61,789 bases of DNA from Reclinomonas americana ATCC 50394 (Eukaryota), in NCBI GenBank assembly GCA_048213135.1, contig PS015055.1, forward strand, positions 102,027-163,815, in the 5' to 3' direction. The notes under the pieces were generated by a model. The model had not been told where the DNA came from and did not search any database. It worked only from the letters and a program-made list of their open reading frames with translations. Within the stretch, counting starts at the first letter, position 1. The number at the start of each line of letters is the position of its first letter. Of the stretch, positions 13,248 through 25,900 are shown one piece after another. Position numbers and translations under genes: made by a program.

Positions 13248-14700
13248 TTACAGCAGCAGAAAGAGGAGCCGTTGCCACCATCTGCACATGGTGGCAGTGT
13301 TAGTGTACGTAATGCGAGGAAAGAATTCTCCATCCCGTGAACGAAACGATTGCTTGACAGGTCCGGTCGAGAGCGGACGACCGTCGCCCAAGTACCGCGC
13401 CATGACAAGTGCCGGATGGAAGCGGAAGCGGATAAAGTAGTAGAACTGAGGTGTGGGATGAGACGGGACCAGCAGCAACAGTATAAGAGTGTGCGTGCGT
13501 GCGCAACTCGATGCTCGTCCATCACGGAGAAACCTAATCTCTCGTAAAACCGGACGGCGGCCTCGTTTCGCTTCTCGGTGTGCAAGTAAATCACTTTGGC
13601 GGCGTACTGATGCGTGCAGTCGGCAATGGCGTTCTCCATTAGCTTGGAGGCTGTTCGGGAAGATTTCCTAAGAAGAGACAGCGACAGGGAGCACCCAAGC
13701 GATGCATGAACCTCTCTCTTTCGCGCAGCATAGAAAAGGCCACTTGCTGCATTCTTACTTTCCGCTTCCCCTCCATCGCTAACGCTGTTCAGAATGCCTC
13801 CCAAAGCTGTCGCTCTTCTTTCATACCTCTCTCTCTCTCTCACTCCTTTTCGTCAGTATTCTGTTGGGTAACTCGCTGCATCCTCACTTCCTTCATCTTT
13901 CCCTTTTCTCACAATCCCTCTTGCCTCATCCGTTCTGCAGTTCTTCAATCACTCTTCCCCCGCCGCACATGCAAGTGCGACGCACTGCGAAACAGCCGCG
14001 ATGCAGCTCCCCTCTCTCTTTCGGCATCTCTATTTCTCTTCCCTCTCAATCCCACTCGCCCGCGATGCCATTTCTTCTCTCTAAATCGTGCTCTACGACA
14101 CCGCCGCGATGGCGCCTCCCCTCATCCCTCTTGTCTATTCTTCCTCTTCTCCCTGTACCCTCTCGACTCACCCGCGATGCCGTCTCTTCTCTTTCTTGCC
14201 ATTTCCCTCTCACTCTCTGACCGCGACTTTCTTGCCCATGCAATATCCCCTCACTCCCTCTTGTCTTTCTCTTCTCGCTTCTCCCTCCCTCGTCCCCGCC
14301 CTTCTGCCACGCAACATATGCCATGCCGACGGAACGGCTGATCCACGCCCAGCATCATGACATAGGCCACCGCGCTAGGTCCACACTCCGGCGCCAACAG
14401 TATACTCTCCTTCTCATCACCACACGAAAAACAATCAGTCGCCCTCGCCCTGACACTCCTCCTTCTCCTTCCTCACCCGCACTCACCGCACGCATCACCC
14501 GCTCAGGCGGCCGCACTCTCGTCAACACAAACCCCACAACGCTCTCCGCAGATGCGTCATACGGCTTCTGCTGCGCAATCCACATGACAAGATCCGGTTC
14601 CGAGCGAAAGATGGAGCGGAAAACACCAGGAGGATACCTGCAGAGACAGAGACACACAAGCAGACACTCAACAACTGGACTTGACAGCTGTGTTCTCTGT

Positions 14701-14768
<68 letters not shown>

Positions 14769-15343
14769 CTACTCTACTCTCTACTACACTACTACTACTA
14801 CTACTACTCTACTCTCTACTACTCTCTCTACTCTCTCTCTCTCTCTCTNNNNNNNNNNNNNNNNNNNNNNNNNNNNNNNNNNNNNNNNNNNNNNNNNNNN
14901 NNNNNNNNNNNNNNNNNNNNNNNNNNNNNNNNNNNNNNNNNNNNNNNNNNNNNNNNNNNNNNNNNNNNNNNNNNNNNNNNNNNNNNNNNNNNNNNNNNNN
15001 NNNNNNNNNNNNNNNNNNNNNNNNNNNNNNNNNNNNNNNNNNNNNNNNNNNNNNNNNNNNNNNNNNNNNNNNNNNNNNNNNNNNNNNNNNNNNNNNNNNN
15101 NNNNNNNNNNNNNNNNNNNNNNNNNNNNNNNNNNNNNNNNNNNNNNNNNNNNNNNNNNNNNNNNNNNNNNNNNNNNNNNNNNNNNNNNNNNNNNNNNNNN
15201 NNNNNNNNNNNNNNNNNNNNNNNNNNNNNNNNNNNNNNNNNNNNNNNNNNNNGTACGACGACGACGACGACGAACGACACAACGACACGACTACACACAA
15301 CTACGTACGTACGTACGTACGACGTCGTCGTCGTTCTCTCGTC

Positions 15344-15392
<49 letters not shown>

Positions 15393-15707
15393 CTCACACA
15401 CACACTCACTCACTCACTCACTCACTCTCACACACTCATTCACTCACTCACTCACTCACTCACTCGCTCACTCTCCCCCTCCCTCTCTCCCTCTCCTTCT
15501 CCCTCTCTCCCTCCTCTCTCTCTCTCACCCTACTGGAAAGAGTCGCCGACTAAGTGAGGCCAAGGCCGGCACCACTTGCTGCCTTTCATGCATGTCCTGC
15601 AGTCGCGTGTATCGTATTCCATCGCCTGCAGCCACCGACGTTGCAGTGTGCAAGCAACGTCGCGAGAGAAGCAGCAGGCCGCACGAGGAAACTCGTCGAA
15701 GGAGCAT
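13248..15707 (-). CDS. GNAT N-acetyltransferase, NAA60-like, with a putative N-terminal mitochondrial presequence
   Basis: Spliced protein reads MLLRRVSS...RRLFPVG|YPPGVF...VVGFVLTR...AYVMMLGVDQPFRRHGI|SSKLM...KVIYLHTEKRNEAAVRFYERLGF..HR|FYYFIR...YLGDGRP. This resembles NAA60 (FPIEY, YILSLGV, IYLHV, FYE, YY, YINGG), and the protein has a hydrophobic C-terminal tail. Confidence 0.8.
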
Positions 15708-15786
15708 TGCAAACACAGAAAAAGGAGAGTAGGACAGAGAAGTGTCCTGTATATCGCGACTGCGAGTTTCTCCGAGTGAGCGAAGC

Positions 15787-18700
15787 ATGGACGCGGCAAC
15801 AGGAGGCGGTGCGTGTGTGCACACCTCTCTCTCCCTCACTCACCCTTTCACTCACACTCACTCTCTCTGTTGTGTGTTTATCATTTTTCGATATCGTTGA
15901 CAGTTGCGCGCGCCTCTCCCTCCCCGCCTGTATCGCCTCCGTCGCCGACTTTGGACGTGTCTGTGCGACAATGGCGACTGCGACCGCTCTCGCCACACAC
16001 ACCTGCCTCGTCGCCTCCTGCTGGCCATGGAGCGCCGAACAATCATCAGCACTCGTCTGGTGAGGAAGACGACGACGACGATGAGTCATCCTCCTCGTCG
16101 CCGGGCATCCGCGAGGAGTACCGTGGAGCGCGTGCTGGTAAGGACGTGCTTACGCCTCCGCGACCGGTGTCGTCGTCCAAGTCGAATCAGCGACTGGCGC
16201 GGCGACTGGCGGCGCTCATGCCGCGACCACTGCGTCCGCCGAGCTCGCCCGCCGCCTATCAGAACAAGAGAGGAGGCGGGTCGCCTGTGCCGGCGGTGGA
16301 GGCCGATGCAGTGTCGCTGGGCTTGGGTAGTGATGCCAGCTTGGCGCCTGTCGTGGCTCCGTTTCCGGGCATCCGACCGGCGACGGTCTTGCACTGGGAT
16401 TTGGGAGACGAGAACGGCGAGGAGGGCGAAGGAGCGGCAGTGGAGGATGTCGTAATGCGGTCGCCGCCGCGTGCTGCTGGGGTGGCGGTGGGCGCGGCGA
16501 AGCACTCGGACAGTGAGGTGTTGTGGCGTCGTGTGTTGGCTGCTTTCGGAGTGCGGCAGCGGCACAAGCAAGACACGGCGGCGGCGGTGCTTGTGGTGGT
16601 GCATTTGGCCATTATGTGGGCGCTGTTCATTATTGCTGTGTACCTGCTGGCACGCCCCACAGTCGCCTATCAGACGCTGCAGGTCACCGGTGAGTTTGGT
16701 TGACGGAATCGGTTTTCTTGTGAGGAATGCTGAGTGGCGTGCGTTGCAGGCTCGGCGGCGTTGCCGCAGACCACCATCATAGAGACGGTATCGATCACGT
16801 CAACACAAGCGGGACGTGCCGCCGAGGTTGTTATTGCCTCGCCGACGCAAGCATCGCTGGGGTTCGACGGAGGTGGCGTGGCGCGTGGTACGGGGTTTCG
16901 GGTCGGCGCCGACAACGCCACCACACTCTCCATCTCCCTTGCCACTGCTCCGCTGCTGCAACTGAAGCCGCGCGCATCATTCAACGCCTTGTCGCTTCCA
17001 CTAGTGTCGCGGAGGTTTGTTGCGAGCCTGCTTACGCGCGCGCTTGATGCGTGAGCATCCACACTTAAATATCGCCTTTCCGCAGACTGCTCCAGCAGGA
17101 CACCTCCGAATCATCGTTCCACATCCTTACAAACTCTGTACTCCTCGGTAACTCCACCTCGAGTGACGTGTACATGACGCGCCTGGAGTCCACGACTGGA
17201 ACTGCCGGACGACTCATCTTGGCTGGACAGTCGGTGCCGGTGAGTCAGTGGTCGACCACGTGCGCAACCCCGTGCATCTGCTCACCTGCCCGCGTCGTGT
17301 ACACAGAGCACCACCGCCGCGACTGGAGGCCGCATACTGCTGGTTGCGGGCGCCGGCAATCCTGGCGGCGACGTCGCCATTCAAGGAGGCTCAGGTGTGC
17401 AGCCGGGCCTGTGTGTGGTGGGCTGTTGTCGAGGCTGATTGTGACAAAAATAATGTTGTCGAGCAGCGCAAACGTCTTCCACGGGCGGCAACGTATTCAT
17501 CGCGGCCGGCAACGCAGGAGAGGCTCCCAACTCATCGGGCCTCGTGCAAGTACACGGCACCAAGTTGCAGATCCGACCGCCGGGCAGGACCAACGAGAGC
17601 GGTGGCAACGGCGAAATTCAGATCGGCACACGTGCAGACCTCGGTGATGTTGCGTGATTAGAGGGCAGTTCTCGGTCAGCGCCGCCTCTCACAGCTCTGA
17701 CATCCTGTCATGCACTGCAGTGGATTACCTTGCGAGCGGATCCGCTTGCGTTCACGCTTCTTGACACGCTGTCGCGCACTATTGTTCGATTTCCCGTCAC
17801 TGGTCCATTCGACTTTGACCGTGAACTGTCGGTGAGGACGCGGCTCGGAGTCACCTCGTCAGCGCCCGGTGGAGCCGCTCTCGTGTACGCCACTTCAAGC
17901 GGTGGCGGTTGCGTCTATTCTTTCCATACATCGTGAGGTGGGCCACGCTGGTGCTTATCAATCCGTGGCACACAGATGGACTCGCACGCATGGTGCTGTC
18001 GGTCGACTCCAACAGTGTGGAGCTGGTTCGTGAGCCTTTGTGAGAGGTTGCTTGATCGCGCATTCTCTTATTGCTTGTTGTGCTGTTTCCTGCGCAGCGG
18101 GTTAGCCAGAGCGCGACAACGGACACCGTCCTGTCCACCTCCAGCTCTAATCTTCGTGTCGTACCGAAGACTGGCTTCTCGACCGTGGTCGACAGCCCAC
18201 TTTTCGTCACTCAGTCTGCGTCGGTGACCGGTCTTGTGACTGGCGGCAGCTTCACTACAGCCGGCACGGCGTCGGTCGCTGGTCTTATTACTGGAGGCAG
18301 CGTGACGACGACCGGCAGCGTGCAGTCGGGCACAGTGAGCTCGTCTGGTTTGATTAGCGGCGGCAGCGTCACGACGGTCGGTAGCATGCAATCTGGCACA
18401 GTGAGCTCATCTGGTTTGATCAGTGGCGGCAGCGTCACGACGGTTGGCTCCGTTCAGTCAGGCACTGTCAGCTCGTCTGGCTTNNNNNNNNNNNNNNNNN
18501 NNNNNNNNNNNNNNNNNNNNNNNNNNNNNNNNNNNNNNNNNNNNNNNNNNNNNNNNNNNNNNNNNNNNNNNNNNNNNNNNNNNNNNNNNNNNNNNNNNNN
18601 NNNNNNNNNNNNNNNNNNNNNNNNNNNNNNNNNNNNNNNNNNNNNNNNNNNNNNNNNNNNNNNNNNNNNNNNNNNNNNNNNNNNNNNNNNNNNNNNNNNN

Positions 18701-21700
18701 NNNNNNNNNNNNNNNNNNNNNNNNNNNNNNNNNNNNNNNNNNNNNNNNNNNNNNNNNNNNNNNNNNNNNNNNNNNNNNNNNNNNNNNNNNNNNNNNNNNN
18801 NNNNNNNNNNNNNNNNNNNNNNNNNNNNNNNNNNNNNNNNNGATCAGCGGTGGCAGTGTGACGACGGTTGGCTCTGTGCAGTCTGGCACTGTGAGCTCGT
18901 CTGGCTTGATCAGCGGCGGCAGTGTGACCACGGTCGGCAGCGTGCAGTCTGGCACTGTATCTTCAAGTGGCTTGATCAGCGGTGGCAGTGTGACGACGGT
19001 TGGCAGCATGCAGTCGGGCACCGTCAGCTCATCTGGGTTGATCAGTGGCGGCAGTGTGACCACGGTCGGCAGCGTGCAGTCTGGCACTGTATCTTCAAGT
19101 GGCTTGATCAGCGGTGGCAGTGTGACGACTNNNNNNNNNNNNNNNNNNNNGTCGGCAGCGTGCAGTCTGGCACAGTGAGCTCTTCTGGCCTGATCAGCGG
19201 TGGCAGTGTGACGACGGTTGGCAGCATGCAATCCGGTACTGTTAGCTCTTCCGGGCTGATCAGTGGCGGCAGTGTGACCACGGTCGGCAGCGTGCAGTCT
19301 GGGACTGTATCTTCTAGCGGCCTGATCAGTGGCGGCAGCGTCACGACAGCCGGCTCGATCGAGAGTCTGACGTTGAGTTCAAGTGGCTTGATCAGCGGTG
19401 GAAGTGTAACTACGGTCGGCAGCGTGCAATCTGGCACTGTTAGTTCGAGTGGCCTGATCAGCGGCGGCAGCGTGACGACGGTTGGAAGTATGCAGTCGGG
19501 CACTGTCAGCTCGTCTGGTTTGATCAGCGGCGGAAGTGTGACGACGGTCGGTAGTGTGCAGTCTGGCACGGTCTCGTCCAGTGGCCTAATCAGCGGCGGC
19601 AGCGTCACGACAGCCGGTTCGATCGAGAGTCTGACTTTGAGCTCATCTGGGCTGATCAGCGGTGGCAGTGTGACCACGGTCGGCAGCGTGCAGTCTGGCA
19701 CTGTTAGCTCGTCTGGTTTGATCAGTGGCGGTAGTGTGACGACGGTCGGTAGTCTGCAGTCTGGCACTGTCAGCTCTTCCGGGTTGATCAGCGGCGGCAG
19801 TGTGACGACGGTTGGCAGCATGCAGTCCGGCACTGTGAGCTCAAGTGGTTTGATCAGTGGTGGAAGTGTGACGACAGCCGGTTCGATCGAGAGCCTGACT
19901 TTGAGCTCTTCCGGGTTGATCAGCGGTGGCAGTGTGACCACGGTCGGCAGCGTGCAGTCTGGCACTGTGTCTTCAAGTGGCTTGATCAGCGGTGGAAGTG
20001 TAACTACGGTCGGTAGCATGCAATCTGGCACTGTTAGTTCGAGTGGCCTGATCAGCGGCGGCAGCGTGACGACGGTTGGAAGTATGCAGTCCGGCACTGT
20101 GAGCTCGTCTGGTTTGATCAGTGGCGGCAGCGTCACGACAGCCGGCTCGATCGAGAGTCTGACGTTGAGCTCAAGTGGCTTAATCAGCGGTGGAAGTGTA
20201 ACTACGGTCGGCAGCATGCAATCTGGCACTATTAGTTCGAGTGGCCTGATCAGCGGCGGCAGCGTGACGACGGTTGGAAGTCTGCAGTCGGGCACTGTTA
20301 GCTCATCTGGGTTGATCAGCGGCGGCAGCGTCACGACAGCCGGTTCGATCGAGAGTCTGACGTTGAGCTCAAGTGGCTTGATCAGTGGCGGCAGTGTGAC
20401 GACGGTCGGTAGTGTGCAGTCGGGCACTATTAGTTCCAGTGGCTTGATCAGCGGCGGAAGTGTGACGACGGTTGGCAGTATGCAGGCTGGCACTGTATCT
20501 TCCAGCGGCCTGATCAGTGGCGGTAGCGTCACGACAGCCGGTACGATTGAGAGTCTGACTTTGAGCTCATCTGGCTTGATCAGCGGCGGTAGTGTGACGA
20601 CTGTTGGCAGCATGCAATCTGGCACTGTCAGCTCGTCTGGGCTGATCAGCGGTGGCAGTGTGACCACGGTCGGTNNNNNNNNNNNNNNNNNNNNNNNNNN
20701 NNNNNNNNNNNNNNNNNNNNNNNNNNNNNNNNNNNNNNNNNNNNNNNNNNNNNNNNNNNNNNNNNNNNNNNNNNNNNNNNNNNNNNNNNNNNNNNNNNNN
20801 NNNNNNNNNNNNNNNNNNNNNNNNNNNNNNNNNNNNNNNNNNNNNNNNNNNNNNNNNNNNNNNNNNNNNNNNNNNNNNNNNNNNNNNNNNNNNNNNNNNN
20901 NNNNNNNNNNNNNNNNNNNNNNNNNNNNNNNNNNNNNNNNNNNNNNNNNNNNNNNNNNNNNNNNNNNNNNNNNNNNNNNNNNNNNNNNNNNNNNNNNNNN
21001 NNNNNNNNNNNNNNNNNNNNNNNNNNNNNNNNNNNNNNNNNNNNNNNNNNNNNNNNNNNNNNNNNNNNNNNNNNNNNNNNNNNNNNNNNNNNNNNNNNNN
21101 NNNNNNNNNNNNNNNNNNNNNNNNNNNNNNNNNNNNNNNNNNNNNNNNNNNNNNNNNNNNNNNNNNNNNNNNNNNNNNNNNNNNNNNNNNNNNNNNNNNN
21201 NNNNNNNNNNNNNNNNNNNNNNNNNNNNNNNNNNNNNNNNNNNNNNNNNNNNNNNNNNNNNNNNNNNNNNNNNNNNNNNNNNNNNNNNNNNNNNNNNGTT
21301 GAGCTCAAGTGGCCTGATCAGCGGCGGGAGCGTGACGACTGTCGGCAGTCTTCAGTCGGGTACCATCAGTTCAAGTGGTTTGATCAGTGGCGGCAGTGTC
21401 ACGACGGTTGGCAGCATGCAGTCTGGCACTGTGTCTTCGAGTGGCCTGATCAGCGGCGGCAGTGTCACGACGGTTGGCAGCATGCAGTCTGGCACTGTGT
21501 CTTCGAGTGGCCTGATCAGCGGCGGGAGTGTGACGACGGTTGGCAGCATGCAATCTGGCACTGTTAGCTCATCTGGGTTGATCAGCGGCGGCAGTGTCAC
21601 GACAGCCGGTTCGATCGAGAGTCTGACGTTGAGCTCGAGTGGCTTGATCAGCGGTGGCAGCGTGACGACGGTCGGCAGTCTTCAGTCGGGCACCATCAGT

Positions 21701-22889
21701 TCATCCGGTCTGATCAGCGGCGGCAGTATCACGACAGCCGGCTCGATTGAGATGGTTTCTGTGAGCACCAGTGGCCTCATTAGCGGTGGTAGCATCACGA
21801 CAGCCGGCACAATTGAGAGTCTGACAGTGAGCTCCAGCGGCCTCATCAGTGGCGGCAGCATCACGACGGCGGGCTCGATTGAGAGTCTCACATTGAGCTC
21901 GAGTGGCCTCATTAGCGGCGGCAGTGTGACGACGGTCGGCAGCCTGCAGTCTGGCACTATCAGCTCAAGTGGCCTGGTCAGTGGTGGTAGCCTGTCGTCG
22001 GCGGGCACCATTGTGTCGTCGAACTTGGTGGGTGCACAGCGTCTGCAGCTGGCCTCGGATGACACTGACCGCACAATGGAGATTTCGTCGGGATTCGCGC
22101 TGCTGCAGTACGTCGAAGGCAGCATGGCGGCAAATGACAGGGTTTGTTCTCTTCTGCTGTTTCTTCTGCGTTGGAGAAAGAAAGCTGACGATGTGTCGTG
22201 TGTGTGTGTTTGGCGACACACAGCTGTATCTCCTCTCCGGGCACGGCGCGTACTCGGAGATCACGCTCAACACGGTTTCGTGACCTCGTCCACCCACAGA
22301 CAACCTGCTGCGCCAATCTTTTCTCACCCCTTGGAGTGTGCGTGTACAATGCAGTCTCCAAGTTCCATGCCGTCGGATGCCGCTCTGAAAACCAATGTGA
22401 AACGCATCGAGGGAGCCCTCGAATCGACGCTGCGTCTGACCGGGCGCACATTCACCTGGAATGAGGTCCGCCATAGTTAGTGTCGTTCCATCAGCATCCC
22501 GCAGCCCACTCACGTTGGTTTGCAGGCCGCGGCATCCCTGGGCTTCGTGCCCGGCACCGAATCCCTCGGTTTCGTCGCACAGGAAATCGAAGAGCACTTG
22601 CCTCTCCTCGTGGAGAGCCGAAGTCGTCCCAATGGACTGGTGAGAACATGAGACAAGCATATCGCATACGCTCTTGGCGTGACACTCACAACTCCTCCTT
22701 GCGCAGACTGTGAAGCAGGTCGCCTACGCCCAACTGGTAGCTGTGCTAGTGGAGGCCATCAAAGAGCAGCAAGTGATCATTGACGACCTACGCAGCCGCC
22801 TGCAGGAGCGCGAGCGCGCAGAATCGTCGATCCTCGATCGACTGACCACAATAGAGCAAGCGCTACGTGCGCTCCGCGAACCGCTCTGA
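15787..22889 (+). CDS. Single-pass membrane protein with a long 22-aa Gly/Ser/Thr repeat shaft and a C-terminal Peptidase_S74 (intramolecular chaperone) domain plus coiled coil
   Basis: ATG 15787 splices in frame to ORF 15813..16703, which has TM AAVLVVVHLAIMWALFIIAVYLLA. The repeat exon spans ~18098-22141. The C-terminus reads PSDAALKTNVKRIEGALESTLRLTGRTFTWNE|...LGFVAQEIEEHLPLLV...|TVKQVAYAQLVAVLVEAIKEQQVIIDDLRSRL, the classic S74 signature. Stop TGA at 22887-22889. Confidence 0.85.
18215..22010 (+). repeat. Coding tandem repeat, 66-bp / 22-aa unit SSSGLISGGSVTTVGS(V/M/L)QSGTV with a variant half TTAGSIESLTL
   Basis: Directly visible. More than 35 sequenced units are interrupted by three gaps, and units differ mostly at synonymous positions. 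Confidence 0.95.
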
Positions 22890-22968
22890 TGAGGAGCAAC
22901 AACACAATGCCGGCCCAGACACAAGAAAATTCCCTAATTTTTATAAAAGCTGTTGTAGTTTAGTTTCA

Positions 22969-25900
22969 TCAACATGTCCGCCACTGCGCAATCCTCCAGT
23001 CAGCCACTGAAAACGATGCAACGAAAACCCACTCAGTCAATAGTGCAACGACGCAACAGTGTGTGTTCCCAGATTTCCGATGCACCGTAGTCAGCACCGA
23101 CAGCAGCATGTGATGGCCGTGTCGGAAGGCCTTGGAGATGCGCTGATGCTCCAACTCGAGCAGGTCGAGACCGGAGCTCGTTCCGTTCTCTGCGTACCGT
23201 GAGACCATTGACTTTCATGCAACACAGCACACAATGCCCTCACCGGCAAGCTCGCGAAACTGCAGTTCTCGCTGCCGCACCTCGACAGCGAGATCCAGAA
23301 TCATGACAATGGTTGTCATGAGGCGAGAGGCCTGCGTGTGGGCAACGGCGATCAGAGATGTGCGTGGACAAACGACGGCTTGTGCGGTGCAGCTCACTTT
23401 TTCTTGCAGGAGGCAGCGATGCCCGATTCGCTTCACATACTCGTCGTGCGCCTGCCGAATCTCATGGAGATTGAGAGTGGAGGCCGTGCTGAGGCGTTCC
23501 TGCAGCTCCAGCCACGACGTCTCCAGCACACGTGACATTACGTAGTCGTGCAGCGTGACGACAAAATGCAGCATCTCTGACCGCAGCAGCTGGAATTTGT
23601 GCACAAGCACGTGTCTCGTGGTTAGCGGATGACACGTGCTGCCCTCCAGCACGTACTGCCAGATCATCGAGTGTGAGCGTGGCGCATTGCACAAACACGC
23701 AAATACACAAGAGGTGCCACGGACCTTGGCCAGCTTCAGCTGCAACAAGAAGGTGAACACGGTGCGATAAATCGACAGCGTGTCGTCGCGAATGACCAAA
23801 TTGAGAGGCCACCCGACCTACACGAGAAGGAGTGAGCATCGTGTGCGAAGAGTAGAATCTGCTCTGTAAACACAATCACCTGAAACTCGATGTGGTACCG
23901 CCGCAGCTTCTTCATCACCGTGTCTGGAATGCCACCAGCTACCGACGGTGCGGCAACTTCTCGCGCATCTCCGTCGGGGACGAGTGGAAGAACTCCAAAA
24001 TGGATGCGCTCCACCATTTCACGTGTGGTCGGACAGCCGCGCAACACCTCACGCAACGACGAGTCTCCCTCCAGTGCGTCCACCCAATCGGGGTCGGCCA
24101 TGAGCTGCAGTCGTGCGCGCAAGCACTCGTGAGCGACGGCTCTCGTACACTGCATACACTGGGAAAAACATGCAACGCAACTCGCTCAAAGACCACTTGG
24201 CAGAATTCGTGCATGACGTCGCCTTGGCCCATGAAGAACACGGCCTTCAGCTCTCGCAGGCGCTGCAGGAGGCCGCATTTCTCAAACAGCAGGCGATTCA
24301 GGTAGGGTGCCACTGTCTGGCACTGGTGCCGAATGTGCGACAACAGCGTGTCACGCAGCAGCACACTGAACGGGATGCGGCTGACCACGGTGGCGTCTGT
24401 TGGAAGAAAAGAAAAAATCGATGGGATGATGTCGACAAAAATGCTTCAGCAAACAACCCTCACTCGCACCATCCGCAGAGAGTGCGACGCGTCGCCGAGG
24501 TGCCAGTATTGCATCCAGAGCCGGAAGTGCGAACACGGGGGCCGAATCGAGAAAGTCGGAATCCACAGAGATGGCATCCATGGCCTCTGCATGCACAGAA
24601 GTGAGTCACATTGTCGCAGCGCATGTGCGTGTGTGCGCCATTTGCTCGCCGCACCAGCCGTGAAAAACGTTCGCGACTCGTCCTCCGACTCGGCGGCCAG
24701 TGCTGACGGCCGCCAATCGTGATCACCAAAGAGATCGTCGGCCGCTGAGAGGACATGCCGTCTGCACAACGCTCAGCCATCAGGGGTCCACCAACAGTAA
24801 TTCTGAATCCATTGACAAACCGTGCTGTTGGAGTCTTGCCAGTCTGCTGCAGTGGTCCGCGACCGCGCTCTGCGACGCGAACAGAGTGGTCAAACAACGC
24901 TGACTTTCACATCAAGGAAGGCGAATAACAGCGGTACGAAACTGACAGCCGTAAAGAATGTGGGTGCGCGCGCAGACACTCGGTGGCCGCACGTCACCGC
25001 AATCGAATCGGCAAACAGCGCGTGCAGTGGCTCACGCCGCAGCAACGTAGAAATGCTGCCGGACGACAGCAACTTGCTCTCCTGAGAAACGAGTCTGTCG
25101 TGAGCGTCGGTGTAGGCAGCGGGGCGATGGTGAGAATGGTTTCGTACCTTCTCAATGTACATGATGAGATTGATGGACTTGCCAGCCAGAAGAATATCTT
25201 GCACCAGTTCACGGAGAAACGACGGCACCAACAGCTCTTCTGCTGGCACAGAAATCGACAAGTATTTGTTAAGCACATCACCACGCACCACGTCAGTTAT
25301 AACCTCACCGTTTCGACGACGACTGTCATCGCTGGGGACCGTGCGTAGACGGAAAGCTGACACGAATCCCTCGTACGACTCCACACGCACGCCAGGTGTC
25401 CTGTGTGCTCGTGAATGACGAGTCTTACAGAGGTGGTCTCCCAGTCGGCATCACACACCGTGCAATCATGAACTCGTCAAAGGCGTCGTTGAGAATGCCC
25501 TCATACAGCCACGAATCCAGCATGTCGAGAAGTGGATTCACGGCATCGCAAAAGAGCTCAACGACCAGACCATATGCATCCGGTGTCAGATTCAGCTGCG
25601 TCTGACACACGTAATTGTACCTGACCCCATGAAACGCATGAGCAGTGAGGGAGACGAAGTGCGTAGACTCCTCAGCAAGCGACCGTCAAGCACGCAACAG
25701 CAACGACAGAATACGGGAGGCACTCGCTGCACGCGACTGATCCGGCTCCAGAGGTCTCACAAACGCGAGGACATCGTGCACCAAGTCGAGTGGTCGAACC
25801 GCCGCGCGAACCTCGTTCTCCACAGCCAGCACTGTGACTCGACGAAGTCCTGTGAAGCGAGCGGCGATGGGCGAACGTGGTTTCTCACAAGTAATCGCCT

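Noticed and set aside
18215-22010. Regular repeat array considered as a CRISPR or satellite; long antisense ORF 19108..20667
   Set aside because: There are no unique spacers or cas genes. Variation is synonymous in the + frame, and the antisense ORF is a shadow of the coding repeat.
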